From Candidatus Bathyarchaeia archaeon (lineage in GTDB: Archaea; Thermoproteota; Bathyarchaeia; Bathyarchaeales; Bathycorpusculaceae): DNA of 64,000 nucleotides. The notes beneath the pieces were generated by a model that saw only the letters and a program-made list of their open reading frames with translations, had not been told where the DNA came from and ran no database searches. Where the stretch lies: assembly GCA_050012255.1 (NCBI GenBank), contig JBEKHN010000004.1, positions 32,001 through 96,000 on the forward strand, in the 5' to 3' direction. The position numbers and the translations under genes were made by a program. Shown here in pieces: positions 19,647 to 30,221 of this stretch (positions are counted from its first letter, which is position 1; every line of letters begins with the position of its first letter).

Positions 19647-21926
19647 TCATGGTTGAAAAAAGCCAGATACGGCAGCTTGACCGAAAGACAGGCCCCCGTC
19701 GCCAGGAGGAACGATTTCATGCACAAGAAAAAGCAAGTGTGCATCTTCGACTTGTTTTCGCATCGCCTTCGTCAGTATCTCGTTGCATGCGACTCCCCCT
19801 GAAAAACCGATAGCTCTCACGTCATTCTCGTCTGCCTGTTTTATAGCAAGCGCGGCCAAGCCTTTCGCTATGTAGGCGTGCGCGGAGTAAGCCAGATCTC
19901 GTCTGGAATGTTTTCTTGTGTTTTCGAATATCTCCTCAAGAATTTGCGTCGTGTTCAACGTGTCACCTTCAATTATCGGGTTCAGGTTTAACACGTCTTT
20001 CCCTTTCATTGCAACGGACTCAAGTTTCATGGATGGTTCCCCTTCATAAGTGCGCTCGTGGCATATGCCGAGAACGGCTGAGACAGCATCTAGCACTCGG
20101 CCACAGCTCGTGGTTTCGATTATGCTCTTTCGATTCTTGAGTTGTTGAAGGATTATTTCTATTTCCTTTTCCCCGTGCGGGAAGTGCTGCTTGCGCTGCA
20201 GGAGCCAATCTTCAATATGCACTTTGCCATAGAGTATTCCTGCAGCAACTCTCAGCGGGTAATAAGTGGCTAAGTCTCCTCCGATTAGTGGTTGTTTTTC
20301 AAGGTGGGCTAGACGTTTGAAACTTGGGGCTTCCTTGGTGCACAACAGGATCTCGCCTCCCCATGCTTCGCCGTCGGGACCATATCCGTATCCGTCACAG
20401 CATACACCCACCATTTCTTCTACGTTGCGTTCAACCATCAAAGCGGCGACGTGGGAGTAGTGATGCTGAACCTGAAGCAGCATCCAACCCTTTTCCGCAG
20501 CTAATCCGTGAGCAAGCGTAGTCGTCGTGAACTTTGGGTGCAAGTCACAAGCAACAGTATCGACTTTACTGTTTGTGAGGCAGATCAAATGTTCAGCCGC
20601 TGTCTCTAGGAAGTTTCTGGTTTCCACGTTTTCCACATCGCCTATGTGTTGTGAAATGAAAGCTTTGTTCCCGTTGAGCACGCATGCATTGTTGTTCAGT
20701 TCCCCGCCCAACGCCAGCACGCAGCGCTTTGCTTTTTCTTTTAGCATTAAGGGAGCTGGGGCGAAGCCTCTTGAGCGTCTCATGAAAACAGTGCTTTGAC
20801 CGTGGGTACGCAGAACTGAATCGTCGCATCTGTGGGCTATCTGTCGGTCGTGAAATAGGAGATAGTCGACTGTGCTACGTAGACCTTTCAAGGCTTCATC
20901 ATTGTCTTTGATAATAGGTTGGTCAGGTGGGTTCGCACTTGTCATCACGAACGCAGCATCTTTCACATTATCGAAAAGCATGTAGTGAAGGCCCGTGTAG
21001 GGCAGCATCACGCCGACGTTGTGCAGTCCAAGAGCAACCAAGTCAGAAAGACCGAAATCATTTTTCTTGTTGAGAAGCACTATCGGACGGGAGTACGATG
21101 TTAGCAGTTCCTCTTCCTTTATGCTTACTTCGGCAAAGGTTTTAATTGCGTCTAAGCTTCGAGCCATTATGGCGAAGGGTTTCTGACTTCTATGCTTCAC
21201 CACTCTAAGCCTAGCCAAGGGTTTGTCTTCGGTTGTCGACGCTGCAACGTGGAAGCCACCATAACCCTTGATTGCCAAGACGTTGCCCTCAGACAGCAGT
21301 TTGCCCGCTTCGCGAACTGGGTCCTTGTGTTCAACGAGTTTACCGTTCCGTGTTGTCAGGTAAGCTCTCGGTCCGCATTCAGGACACGCTGTGGTTTGGG
21401 CGTGGAACCTCTTGTTCAGTGGGTCCTTGTATTCTTTTAGGCAAAAGCCGCACATAGGAAACTCACGCATCGTTGTGTTCTGTCGGTCATACGGCAGTTT
21501 TTCGATTATCGTAAACCTTGGACCGCAGTTGGTGCACGTGATAAAGAAGTAATCGAATCTTGAGTCTTCGGGGTTTCGAAGCTCTCGCAAGCAGTCGTCA
21601 CAGATCGCTACGTCAGGCGGTATAACTGAACCCGCAAGCTTAGTTTCGCTAGAGCTTTTCTTGACTGTAAATCTCAGGTATTTGTCGTTGCCCCTGATTT
21701 TCTCAGTTATGATTTCGTGGATTTGGGCGAGAGGTGGCTTCTTCACGTTCAGATTTGTTAAGAAGTTGTTGATGTCCTGTTCTTTGCCTTCTAGGAGTAT
21801 TTCTACGCCAGCATCACCTCGGTTCCTAACGTAGCCGGTGAGGCCGTGATGAACTGCTGTTCGGTAGATGAAGGGGCGGAAACCCACGCCTTGAACGATA
21901 CCTGTGACTTTAACCCTCAGCCGCAC
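19647..21926 (-). CDS. hypF: Carbamoyltransferase HypF
   Basis: VQGVGFRP acylphosphatase domain; Zn fingers (CTNCGPR, CPECGP); QHH; PPGDGGLSFGQ. Confidence 0.97.
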   Translation of the reverse strand: MRLRVKVTGIVQGVGFRPFIYRTAVHHGLTGYVRNRGDAGVEILLEGKEQDINNFLTNLNVKKPPLAQIHEIITEKIRGNDKYLRFTVKKSSSETKLAGSVIPPDVAICDDCLRELRNPEDSRFDYFFITCTNCGPRFTIIEKLPYDRQNTTMREFPMCGFCLKEYKDPLNKRFHAQTTACPECGPRAYLTTRNGKLVEHKDPVREAGKLLSEGNVLAIKGYGGFHVAASTTEDKPLARLRVVKHRSQKPFAIMARSLDAIKTFAEVSIKEEELLTSYSRPIVLLNKKNDFGLSDLVALGLHNVGVMLPYTGLHYMLFDNVKDAAFVMTSANPPDQPIIKDNDEALKGLRSTVDYLLFHDRQIAHRCDDSVLRTHGQSTVFMRRSRGFAPAPLMLKEKAKRCVLALGGELNNNACVLNGNKAFISQHIGDVENVETRNFLETAAEHLICLTNSKVDTVACDLHPKFTTTTLAHGLAAEKGWMLLQVQHHYSHVAALMVERNVEEMVGVCCDGYGYGPDGEAWGGEILLCTKEAPSFKRLAHLEKQPLIGGDLATYYPLRVAAGILYGKVHIEDWLLQRKQHFPHGEKEIEIILQQLKNRKSIIETTSCGRVLDAVSAVLGICHERTYEGEPSMKLESVAMKGKDVLNLNPIIEGDTLNTTQILEEIFENTRKHSRRDLAYSAHAYIAKGLAALAIKQADENDVRAIGFSGGVACNEILTKAMRKQVEDAHLLFLVHEIVPPGDGGLSFGQAAVSGFFQP

Positions 21927-22129
21927 TATGGCACATCTCTTCAGTCTATTGCGAGACTACCGTTCATATACATTTTGACAAGACAACTTCAATAACAAGT
22001 TGTGATTACTCCGGGTGAGTTTCCCTTTTTAGGATTATGTTCGTTCATTGAAAAGCGAAGGCTTAAGAATGAAAAACAGTCAGTGCTTCGTCTTTAAGCA
22101 AATAAAAGCAATGGAAATATCCAAGGAGC

Positions 22130-23383
22130 TTGCGTGATTTGAACGGCGGTTTTGACTACAGGTCTCGGGTTTTTCTGATTTTGTGGACTGTGAACTTTCT
22201 GTTCACTTTTTCTACCAATTTGATTCCCACACCAAGGGCCTATTTGACGAAATTTTTCGTGGGAGGTGTTGAAGGTGCAACCATGGAAGCGTTGGGCATA
22301 ATGCTTTCGCTTGGATTTGCGGCGACCACTGTGGGATATTTTGTCGGAGGCTTTGCAGCAGATTCCTTGGGCAAGAGACGGGTTGTAGCAGCGTCCTTCG
22401 GGATTCTTGCTACTGGATGCGGAATGTTTGTTATTGCTCCGAACCTGTACTTTCTATTCGCGGCGAATTTTGTCGAATTTTTTGCAGCTGGGTTCTCCAG
22501 TCCCGCCATTTCGGCCTTGGTTGCTGACTGCAGTGAACAGTCATCCAGAGGGATGGCGTATGGCGTGTTCAACCTTTCATGGGTGTCGGCTGGAATTGCT
22601 GGGCCATTGCTGGCGGGATTCACAGCCCAGTTTGTGACGTTGCAGACGCCCTTCGTTATTGCGGTGCTCGTCAGCATCACCGGTTTGTTCATAGCCTGGT
22701 TTTTGAAGGGAGAGAATGTAGAGAAACTGAGAACTGAAGAAAACAGCGGGGAGGTTAGAAAAACCAATTCGAAAATGAGCTTGCCTCTCAAACGAGTGAT
22801 CGTCATCTTCAGCATAACAAATCTTCTGAATGGGTTGCTTAATGGCTTCATTAATCCAGTGTTGAATGGCATGCTCCTGTTTAAGCTTGAGGCTGCTCCT
22901 GCCGAGTACGGTCTAGTCTTGTCGTTGTCATCCAGCCTTGTCACCGGGCTTGTCCAACTTCCAGGCGGGAAGCTTGCCGACAAGTTTGGAAGAAAGCCTC
23001 TCGTCTTATTTGGTTTTTTGGGTGCGCCTCTGGCCGTGCTCTTGGGTTTCAGCAGATCGCTTTTAGATTTCTCCTTGATAATGGGGGGAATAAGCGCCGT
23101 GGGAAACATTAGCTCGCCTGCGATTTCAGCGTGGCTCATGGATCTGGTTCCAGAGCATAGACGAGCAAGTGCCTCAGGCATGACTCAGACGCTCAACGGA
23201 GTCGGTTTGACTATCGGACCCAGTGCGGGAAGTTACGTTTGGAATTCCACCAAGCCTGACGCGATAGTGTCGTGCGGGGTCGCAGCGTTGCTTTTCGTTG
23301 CGTCTTTGCCTTTTTATTTGATGCTGGAGGAGCCCAAGAAAAGCTCCTCGCAGACTGATGGTATATCTCAGACTCCTTCCTAG
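22130..23383 (+). CDS. MFS transporter
   Basis: About 12 TM segments; motif A in both halves (ADSLGKRR, GKLADKFGRK). Confidence 0.9.
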   Translation: MRDLNGGFDYRSRVFLILWTVNFLFTFSTNLIPTPRAYLTKFFVGGVEGATMEALGIMLSLGFAATTVGYFVGGFAADSLGKRRVVAASFGILATGCGMFVIAPNLYFLFAANFVEFFAAGFSSPAISALVADCSEQSSRGMAYGVFNLSWVSAGIAGPLLAGFTAQFVTLQTPFVIAVLVSITGLFIAWFLKGENVEKLRTEENSGEVRKTNSKMSLPLKRVIVIFSITNLLNGLLNGFINPVLNGMLLFKLEAAPAEYGLVLSLSSSLVTGLVQLPGGKLADKFGRKPLVLFGFLGAPLAVLLGFSRSLLDFSLIMGGISAVGNISSPAISAWLMDLVPEHRRASASGMTQTLNGVGLTIGPSAGSYVWNSTKPDAIVSCGVAALLFVASLPFYLMLEEPKKSSSQTDGISQTPS

Positions 23384-23424
23384 TTCGCTGGCTCTCACTA
23401 GGTGTGTAATCGCTTACTTCATGC

Positions 23425-23432
23425 TTTATAAA
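23425..23432 (+). promoter_or_regulatory. TATA box upstream of tes
   Basis: TTTATAAA about 50 nt before the ATG, followed by a GGAG SD. Confidence 0.55.
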
Positions 23433-23481
23433 CGGCTTGCATGCTTACGTACTAGTCGAAATCTGAAGGAGAGACCGCATT

Positions 23482-25008
23482 ATGAACACTCAGAGATCTG
23501 AGAAGTTTGAGACTATTTCAACAAGCTTGTGCCCAGAGTGCCTTCAGAGGATTCCTATGAGGATTTACGAGGAAAGCGGCGTCATCTACCTCGAGAAGAC
23601 GTGTCCTGAGCATGGAAAGTTTGAGGATGTTTACTGGGGGGACGCTGAACTGTTCAAGTATTTTTACGACAATTGGTACAACGCCCGGTACTGGGGTGGC
23701 GGCTTGGAAAACCCACACACCAAGACAGCCAAAGGATGCCCGTTTGACTGCGGAGTCTGTCCACAGCACAAGACGCCAACGATTTTGGGCATAATAGACG
23801 TAACAAACAGGTGTAACATGGCATGCCCGGTCTGTTTTGCCTATGTTGGGGTGACAAACTATGTCTATGAGCCTTCGTACGACCAGATTGTGGACATGAT
23901 CAAACTGCTCAGAGCCAACAGCCCTTGGGCGTGTAACGCTCTGCAGTTCAGCGGCGGGGAGCCAACTTTGAGGAATGATCTGCCCGACTTGATTCGGGAG
24001 GCTCAGAAGGCCGGAGTAGATCACGTTGAGGTCAACACAAACGGTATCCGCATCGCAGAAGACGTTGACTATTTCAAGAAGTTACTCGACGCCGGGTTGA
24101 GTACACTGTACCTTCAGTTTGACGGGTTAAGGGAGGACATCTACAAGAAAACTCGGGCTAGAGGTGACATGGTTCCGATAAAGCTGAAGGTCTTGGAGAA
24201 CGCGCGGAAAATCGGATTAGACTCTATTGTTCTGGTCGTTACCTATGCGAAAGGTGTGAACGACAAGGACATCGGCGAGATCATCGATTTCGCCGTCAAG
24301 AACCACGATGTTGTCAGGTGCGTTAACATTCAGCCTGTTTCGATGGCAGGAAAGGCTAGAAAAGAAGAAATGCGAAAGATGAGGATAACGATTCCTGACA
24401 CCATTAACGAGATTGAGAAGCAGACGAAAGGTGCAGTAGGTCGTTTTGATTGGAGACCGGTGAACTGGCCTGTCCCAATCTCCAAGGGAATGGGCCAAGT
24501 GAGAAACAGGCTTTATCCAGAGTTTACGATGCATCCTATGTGCGGAGCGGCTACATTCTTGGTCGTCGACAAGGACGGCTCTTACAAGCCTATCATGCAT
24601 TACGTGGATGTCGACAAGTTTGCTGAAGTGTTCTGGGATGCTTACTATTCTGGAGCCAAGGGCAAGAAGACGATGGCCAAGATGAAAATGCTTAAGCTGC
24701 TGCCCATGGCCAGATCTGACTTTGTCAGAGGCTTGATCAGGAATGTTGTGACGAAAGGAAGTTACAAGGCACTGGGAGAATTGATGCGGCGCATCGTCAT
24801 GATCGGAATAATGCATTTTCAAGACGTGTGGAACATTGACCTGGACCGCGTTCAGAAATGCGGGATCCACTACGCAACTCCCGACGGGAAAATACGATGC
24901 TTCTGCACGTACAACAGCATTCACAGACCTGAAGTGGAGAGACAATTTGCAGTGCCCATCGCTGAATGGACAAAGAAAACAGGAAAGAAAATCAATGAGC
25001 CAGTTTAG
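23482..25008 (+). CDS. tes: Tetraether lipid synthase (Tes / GDGT-MAS, MJ0619 family radical SAM)
   Basis: N-terminal CPEC..CPEHG; GCPFDCGVCPQH; CNMACPVC; HPMCG; C-terminal CGIHYATPDG...FCTYN. Confidence 0.88.
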   Translation: MNTQRSEKFETISTSLCPECLQRIPMRIYEESGVIYLEKTCPEHGKFEDVYWGDAELFKYFYDNWYNARYWGGGLENPHTKTAKGCPFDCGVCPQHKTPTILGIIDVTNRCNMACPVCFAYVGVTNYVYEPSYDQIVDMIKLLRANSPWACNALQFSGGEPTLRNDLPDLIREAQKAGVDHVEVNTNGIRIAEDVDYFKKLLDAGLSTLYLQFDGLREDIYKKTRARGDMVPIKLKVLENARKIGLDSIVLVVTYAKGVNDKDIGEIIDFAVKNHDVVRCVNIQPVSMAGKARKEEMRKMRITIPDTINEIEKQTKGAVGRFDWRPVNWPVPISKGMGQVRNRLYPEFTMHPMCGAATFLVVDKDGSYKPIMHYVDVDKFAEVFWDAYYSGAKGKKTMAKMKMLKLLPMARSDFVRGLIRNVVTKGSYKALGELMRRIVMIGIMHFQDVWNIDLDRVQKCGIHYATPDGKIRCFCTYNSIHRPEVERQFAVPIAEWTKKTGKKINEPV

Positions 25009-25031
25009 CAGAGCTGAGCTAGCGCAGGCTT

Positions 25032-26762
25032 TCAGGTTTTCTCGAGTTTCTTCTTTTCTTCTTCTTGAAGCACTCTTCTGAGCACTTTGCCAACGAGGGT
25101 CATGGGCAGCTCGGTTCTGAATTCAACCTCCCTGACAGCCTTGTATGGTGCTACCTTGCTGTTGACGAACTCCTTGATTTCCTCTGCTGTTGCTGTTTTT
25201 CCTTCTTTAAGCACGACGAAGGCTTTCGGGATTTCTCCTGCCACAGGGTCGAGCTTACCTATAACTGCGCAGAGCTTCACGGCCGGATGTTCATAGATGA
25301 CGTCTTCAACCTCTCTCGGGTAAACGCTGTAGCCCTTATACTTGATCAGGTCTTTCTTGCGGTCCGTGATGTAGAAGTAGCCGTCTTCGTCCATCTTACC
25401 TATGTCGCCCGTGTAGAGCCATCCGTTTCGAAGGACAGCGGCAGTTTCTTCAGCCATTTTCCAGTAACCCTTCATCACCTGCGGACCCTTAACCACCACT
25501 TCCCCTGTCTCGCCCGTCGTAAGCTCCTTTTCTCCAGTTTCCATGTCCATGACCTTCGCGTCTGTATCAGGCCACGGCAAGCCTATAGAACCTACCTTAA
25601 CAGTTTTCAATGACTTGTCAAGGGGGTTGCAGTGGGTGACGGGTGACGATTCTGTAAGTCCATAACCTTCCACTAGAACGCCTCCCGTCGCTTCCATCCA
25701 ATTCTTCTGAACCTCAGGCGGAAGAGGAGCTGAACCCGAAATACAGAAACGAACTGACCTCAAGTCATACCTCTTACAGTCTGGATGGGCAAGCAGCATC
25801 GAGTACATCGTCGGTGCCCCGCAGAAGACAGTGACCTTGTGCCTCTGGATTGCCTGAAACGTGCTTACTGCGTCAAAGCGCGGTACCATGACCATCTCTC
25901 CAGCCAAATAGATCGGAGCGTTCATGCCCGTTGTCATTCCGTAGATGTGAAAAAGAGGCAACACGGTCAGGAACGTTTCCCCGCCTCTTGCTCCCCTGAG
26001 CCACTCAGCGCAGCAGACAGCGTTCGAGACAAGGTTCATGTGAGTCAACATTGCTCCCTTTGCGATGCCAGTGGTTCCGCCAGTGTACTGAAGAGCTACG
26101 ATGTCTTCATTCGGATTGATGTCGACTTTCGGCGGGTTTGCTTCACACTTGCTCAACAATTCTTGGAAGAAGTAAACATTAGGTCCACGTGTAACCTTGT
26201 GTGAAGGAATCTTCTTCAGCAGCGAACCCAGAAAAGCCGTGACTGCAGGCATGTACTCTTTTAAACCCGTTGCAATCACCCTTTTGACCTTGGTGCTTGC
26301 CAAAACCTTTTCCAAGATTGGGTAAAGCGCGTCCAAGACAACAACTGTTTCTGCTTCAGAATCGTTCAGCTGATGCGCCACTTCTCGCTCTCGGTATAAC
26401 GGGCTTATGGCGGTCTCGATAGCCCCTATTTTTGTGATGCCGTAATAAGAGATGACGAATTGAGGTATGTTTGGCAGGAAAATGGCGACCTTGTCGCCCT
26501 TCTTAACGCTCAAACCGTCCAGCGCAGTTGCAAACCTGTCTGAAAGATTATTGAGCTCTCGGTAGGTCATCACTTTGTTGAAGTAAACTATGGCAGTGTG
26601 CTCAGGGAATTTCTCAGCTGTTTCTTCAAGCAGGCCGTGAAGCGGAACTTCGGGAAAGTCTATGTGCCTCCGAACTCCTTCGGGCCAAAACTTGAACCAC
26701 GGCTTCTCAGACGGTTCCTCAGTGAATGATCGTTCTTTGATCTTCCTCTTCTTTGCCGACAT
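25032..26762 (-). CDS. fadD: Long-chain fatty acid--CoA ligase
   Basis: YTGGTTGIAKG, EGYGLTE, TGD, DRKKD, GKVLRR. Confidence 0.92.
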   Translation of the reverse strand: MSAKKRKIKERSFTEEPSEKPWFKFWPEGVRRHIDFPEVPLHGLLEETAEKFPEHTAIVYFNKVMTYRELNNLSDRFATALDGLSVKKGDKVAIFLPNIPQFVISYYGITKIGAIETAISPLYREREVAHQLNDSEAETVVVLDALYPILEKVLASTKVKRVIATGLKEYMPAVTAFLGSLLKKIPSHKVTRGPNVYFFQELLSKCEANPPKVDINPNEDIVALQYTGGTTGIAKGAMLTHMNLVSNAVCCAEWLRGARGGETFLTVLPLFHIYGMTTGMNAPIYLAGEMVMVPRFDAVSTFQAIQRHKVTVFCGAPTMYSMLLAHPDCKRYDLRSVRFCISGSAPLPPEVQKNWMEATGGVLVEGYGLTESSPVTHCNPLDKSLKTVKVGSIGLPWPDTDAKVMDMETGEKELTTGETGEVVVKGPQVMKGYWKMAEETAAVLRNGWLYTGDIGKMDEDGYFYITDRKKDLIKYKGYSVYPREVEDVIYEHPAVKLCAVIGKLDPVAGEIPKAFVVLKEGKTATAEEIKEFVNSKVAPYKAVREVEFRTELPMTLVGKVLRRVLQEEEKKKLEKT

Positions 26763-26897
26763 AGTCAGCCCTATTCTTGAATATTCGCTGCGTCAGGAAG
26801 TAATAACGCTTTCCACGAATAGTTTAACGTCGCGACACGTTTTCTCTACCAATTTCATTTCCTGAAAAACCGCACGTATAAGGCTTGAGCCATTCTG

Positions 26898-27356
26898 TTA
26901 TCTACGGGCAGAAATGGCTTTAGCAATCAAGCCTGCGAAAAGTATGGGAAGACCAATCCCTATTAAATCGAAACTGAGCCAAGCATACGGCCTGTATGTA
27001 TTGACTTCCTGATAAGGTATCAGCTTTCCACCTGGACCCCTTTGATATACGGTGACAACGCTTGCCACTGCTTGAAACTCAATAACCGCGAAGGAGAGAG
27101 CCAAAAAAGCAACGCAGACGCAAATCAATATTGTCCCTAGGCCGTTCAGCGAGAGTAGCTTTAAGGAGAAAAGTCCGACGCGAGCAAAAAAGCCAAAGAT
27201 GAACAAAACAATTCCGAAGAAAAAAGCGACCACAGACACGAGTGAACCGAAATTCTCGACATAAAACAGTCCTACAACCAAGAGCACTATGCCTGAAAAA
27301 ATCATGAGGTTTCCAGAGTACTCCTGCAAGTATTCTTTTAACACGTCTATTGCCAT
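26898..27356 (-). CDS. Hypothetical membrane protein (about 4 TM)
   Basis: Hydrophobic ORF filling the gap; no recognised motif. Confidence 0.65.
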   Translation of the reverse strand: MAIDVLKEYLQEYSGNLMIFSGIVLLVVGLFYVENFGSLVSVVAFFFGIVLFIFGFFARVGLFSLKLLSLNGLGTILICVCVAFLALSFAVIEFQAVASVVTVYQRGPGGKLIPYQEVNTYRPYAWLSFDLIGIGLPILFAGLIAKAISARR

Positions 27357-27720
27357 TCATTTCGCCTTGAGTGCCATGCCAGCAAGCCTAATCAGATCTC
27401 AACCTTAACAGAAAAGTCACACTCTTTACATTTAAGCGCAACGGTCGTTACCTCGGGCCAAGGGATTTGGCATGTTCCTCAAGCGCGCGCTGTCTCTATC
27501 TCCAAGGTTCTTCGGCAGGGTTGCCCTACACGCACCTCTGTTAATAGTGAAGAATGTCTCTCGTCTCCTTTTGCTTTGTGCGTCTTATGTTAGAAACGTC
27601 GGCCAAAGCCAAACTTTGAGATCGCTCAAACCGTGTGCAAGGATAAGCATGGAAAAGGAAAAAAGGGGAAGATGCGCGAAATATCTAGGCTCAGCGAACA
27701 ATCCTGCGGAGGGAAAGTCT

Positions 27721-28557
27721 ATGCAAACCGAGCAAGTGTCAATACTGTGTGAAAACGCGAGGCTGTACGCTCAATTGCACATTCCTGACATTGTTCCAGC
27801 CCCGGCTGTACTTGTTTGCCACTTCATGGATGCCCGAGGCTATCACGGGCTAGGGATCTACACTCGTCTGGCTGAGGTTGCCTGTCAAGCCGGGTTTGTG
27901 TCTTTGACTTTCGATTTTCGCGGAGTCGGGAAAAGCACTGGGCAGTTTGATTACGGTTTGGGAGAGCAGCAGGACGTGAAATGCGCTTTGAGTTATCTGA
28001 CCTCGAAAAAAGAAGTTTTACCTAACAGCATCTTTGTCGTTGGACACAGCCTAGGCGCGGCAGTGTCGCTCTACGCTGTTCAGAACGATGCGCGAATCAA
28101 GGGCCTCGTGTTGTGGTCTCCGCCTAAGAACCACGATTACAACGTTAAGAAGTTCATAAGACGCACAAGGGGCAGAATGGGCCTTTACGCGTTTCTTCTC
28201 TTCTCCCAGCTTGACCGAGTTTTCAACGTTTCACGAGTGTTCAAAATGGAAGTCTTCGGAATAGATCTACGTTTGAGAGATGTCCGTGGAAAACTCATGA
28301 AACTAGACGAGTGTAAGGTGATTCAGAAGCTGAAGAATTTGCCCGTGCTGATAGTCATTGGCGATGCGGATGACATTCACGGTCTAGATGAAGCTCAGGA
28401 GGTTTATTCATGTGCGCATGATTCTAAGACCCTCTTGGTGATAAAAGGGGCGAATCACGGTTATGAAGGTAAAGAGGATGAATTGGTAGCCAAGACAATG
28501 GAATGGATAAGAAACGTGGAAGCTGGAAGTCTCAAGTGCAACGGTTATCTCGGTTGA
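27721..28557 (+). CDS. Alpha/beta-fold hydrolase (esterase/lipase-like)
   Basis: FDFRGVGKS; GHSLG nucleophile; GDADD; GANH. Start re-called to ATG 27721 behind GGAGG. Confidence 0.88.
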   Translation: MQTEQVSILCENARLYAQLHIPDIVPAPAVLVCHFMDARGYHGLGIYTRLAEVACQAGFVSLTFDFRGVGKSTGQFDYGLGEQQDVKCALSYLTSKKEVLPNSIFVVGHSLGAAVSLYAVQNDARIKGLVLWSPPKNHDYNVKKFIRRTRGRMGLYAFLLFSQLDRVFNVSRVFKMEVFGIDLRLRDVRGKLMKLDECKVIQKLKNLPVLIVIGDADDIHGLDEAQEVYSCAHDSKTLLVIKGANHGYEGKEDELVAKTMEWIRNVEAGSLKCNGYLG

Positions 28558-28991
28558 AGAGGCACAAACTCGTAGGTTAGGTTTCCTTCAGTTGTGACTT
28601 TGGCCACTAGCTTTGCTCTCATGCCAACTTTTACTTCTGAAAGCTTGAATCCCGTTAGCCATGCAAGCACCTTCACACCTTCCTTCAACCTTCCGATAGC
28701 GACGGTGTACGGCTTGTTTTGCTGGAAAGTGGTCGGCCTTACGACTACATGTGTGAATGTTTCAATTTCTGCCTCGCTGCTAAGCTCAACCCACTCAAGA
28801 CCCGTGGATAAGCATTCAGCGCAGTCAACGTTTGGCGGGAAATAGATTTTTCCGCAGCCTTTGCATCTGGTCGCGTAGACTTTTCCCTCTCTTAGGCCTT
28901 CGTAAAACTTCAGATTCTTACTTATCGGTATCTCCTGAACAATCTTTATTTCCCTTGATTTTATCGATGGCATCGAGGGCATTCTATTCAC
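28545..28991 (-). CDS. DUF35 Zn-ribbon/OB-fold acyl-CoA-binding protein
   Basis: CKGCG..FPP...CAEC; start overlaps the thiolase stop. Confidence 0.92.
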   Translation of the reverse strand: MNRMPSMPSIKSREIKIVQEIPISKNLKFYEGLREGKVYATRCKGCGKIYFPPNVDCAECLSTGLEWVELSSEAEIETFTHVVVRPTTFQQNKPYTVAIGRLKEGVKVLAWLTGFKLSEVKVGMRAKLVAKVTTEGNLTYEFVPLQPR

Positions 28992-30166
28992 CTCCGCAGG
29001 ATAGTCACGTAGCAGTAGTGTCCAGTTCCGCCTACGTTGTGTGCGAGACCGATGTTGTTTTTCAGCGGCACCTGCCTGCCTTTTTCAGCCTCTCCCCTCA
29101 ACTGTTTTGTAAGCTCGTACATCATTGAACAACCTGTTGTGCCGATGGGATGACCTTTAGATTTCAGCCCGCCGTCCATGTTCACAGGGATTTTTCCGCC
29201 GATTTCGGTCTGTCCCTCTCGCAGAAGCTTTACTCCTTCACCTTTTGCACAGAATCCAACGTCCTCATATGCCATGATTTCTGCAATGGTGAAACAGTCG
29301 TGCACTTCCGCGAAGTCAACCTCGCTTGGTGTTATACCTGCGGCTTTGTAAGCTCTTTGTGAAGCTAGTGCACTTGCTTCTAAACCGACAAAGTTTGATC
29401 GTTTGCTGAGGTTTGCGGTTCCTGAAGAATAGCCGATTCCGGCGATCCATATTGGCGTGTCAACTTTCAGTTCTTTGACTTTTTCTTCAGATGCGAGAAC
29501 AAGCGCTGCCGCCCCATCTGTCAAGGGGCAACAGTCGAAGAGCTTTAGGGGTGAAGCGATAACCATTGAGTTGAGAACGTCGTCAACTGTAATTTTGTTT
29601 CGAAGGTGGGCAATTGGGTTCATAGAACCGTATTTGTGGTTTTTCACGGCTACAAGCGCCAGGTCTTCTTCGGTTGTTCCGTACTTGGCCATGTGAGCGT
29701 TTGCGTACAATGCATAGTAGGCTGGGAAGGTTACTCCGAAGTTATGAAACTCCCAGAGATAATAGCCTGCTCGACCTATCCATTCCATGGCTGTTGCGGA
29801 GTCGATTTCCCTCATCTTCTCGACGCCCATTGCCATGGCTATGTCTGCGTGACCACTGGCAATGGCTGAATATGCCGTGAAGAAAGCTGCGCTACCGCTT
29901 GCACATGCTGCTTCACATCGCACGAGCCCTGTCTTTGTCATCCCACAGTATTCTGAAACAACCACTGCTGGAAGCAGCTCTTCATACCAAGCTCCTGCCC
30001 CAACAGACCCAAGAGCGACAAACTGAATGTCACTCGCAGCTAAGCCTGCGTCTTCAAGAGACGGTCTTACAGCTTCAAAAGCAAGCTCAGAAATGGTCAC
30101 ATCGTTTCTTGCTCCAAACTTTGAGTTGCCAATTCCTATCACTGCCACATTTTTCACGCCAAACAC
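28988..30166 (-). CDS. Thiolase (archaeal, SCP2-like acetyl-CoA C-acyltransferase)
   Basis: EAACASGS, EVHDCF, GHPIG.TG, HNVGG. Confidence 0.93.
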   Translation of the reverse strand: MFGVKNVAVIGIGNSKFGARNDVTISELAFEAVRPSLEDAGLAASDIQFVALGSVGAGAWYEELLPAVVVSEYCGMTKTGLVRCEAACASGSAAFFTAYSAIASGHADIAMAMGVEKMREIDSATAMEWIGRAGYYLWEFHNFGVTFPAYYALYANAHMAKYGTTEEDLALVAVKNHKYGSMNPIAHLRNKITVDDVLNSMVIASPLKLFDCCPLTDGAAALVLASEEKVKELKVDTPIWIAGIGYSSGTANLSKRSNFVGLEASALASQRAYKAAGITPSEVDFAEVHDCFTIAEIMAYEDVGFCAKGEGVKLLREGQTEIGGKIPVNMDGGLKSKGHPIGTTGCSMMYELTKQLRGEAEKGRQVPLKNNIGLAHNVGGTGHYCYVTILRR

Positions 30167-30221
30167 ACCCTTCTAGTTAACTTAAGATGCACAAAAAAGT
30201 GAAAGAAAGAGGATGTTAAAG

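Noticed and set aside
19462-19650. 62-aa ORF overlapping the hypF stop
   Set aside because: No recognisable motif or SD; it cannot be supported, though it is not excluded.
22240-23181. 313-aa antisense ORF
   Set aside because: Shadow of the hydrophobic MFS gene; no motifs.
27360-27720. Short hairpins (e.g. TTTGAG-ATCG-CTCAAA) and an AGAGGTGCG lysine-riboswitch-like start on the minus strand
   Set aside because: The rest of the riboswitch consensus is absent and the hairpins are short enough to arise by chance.
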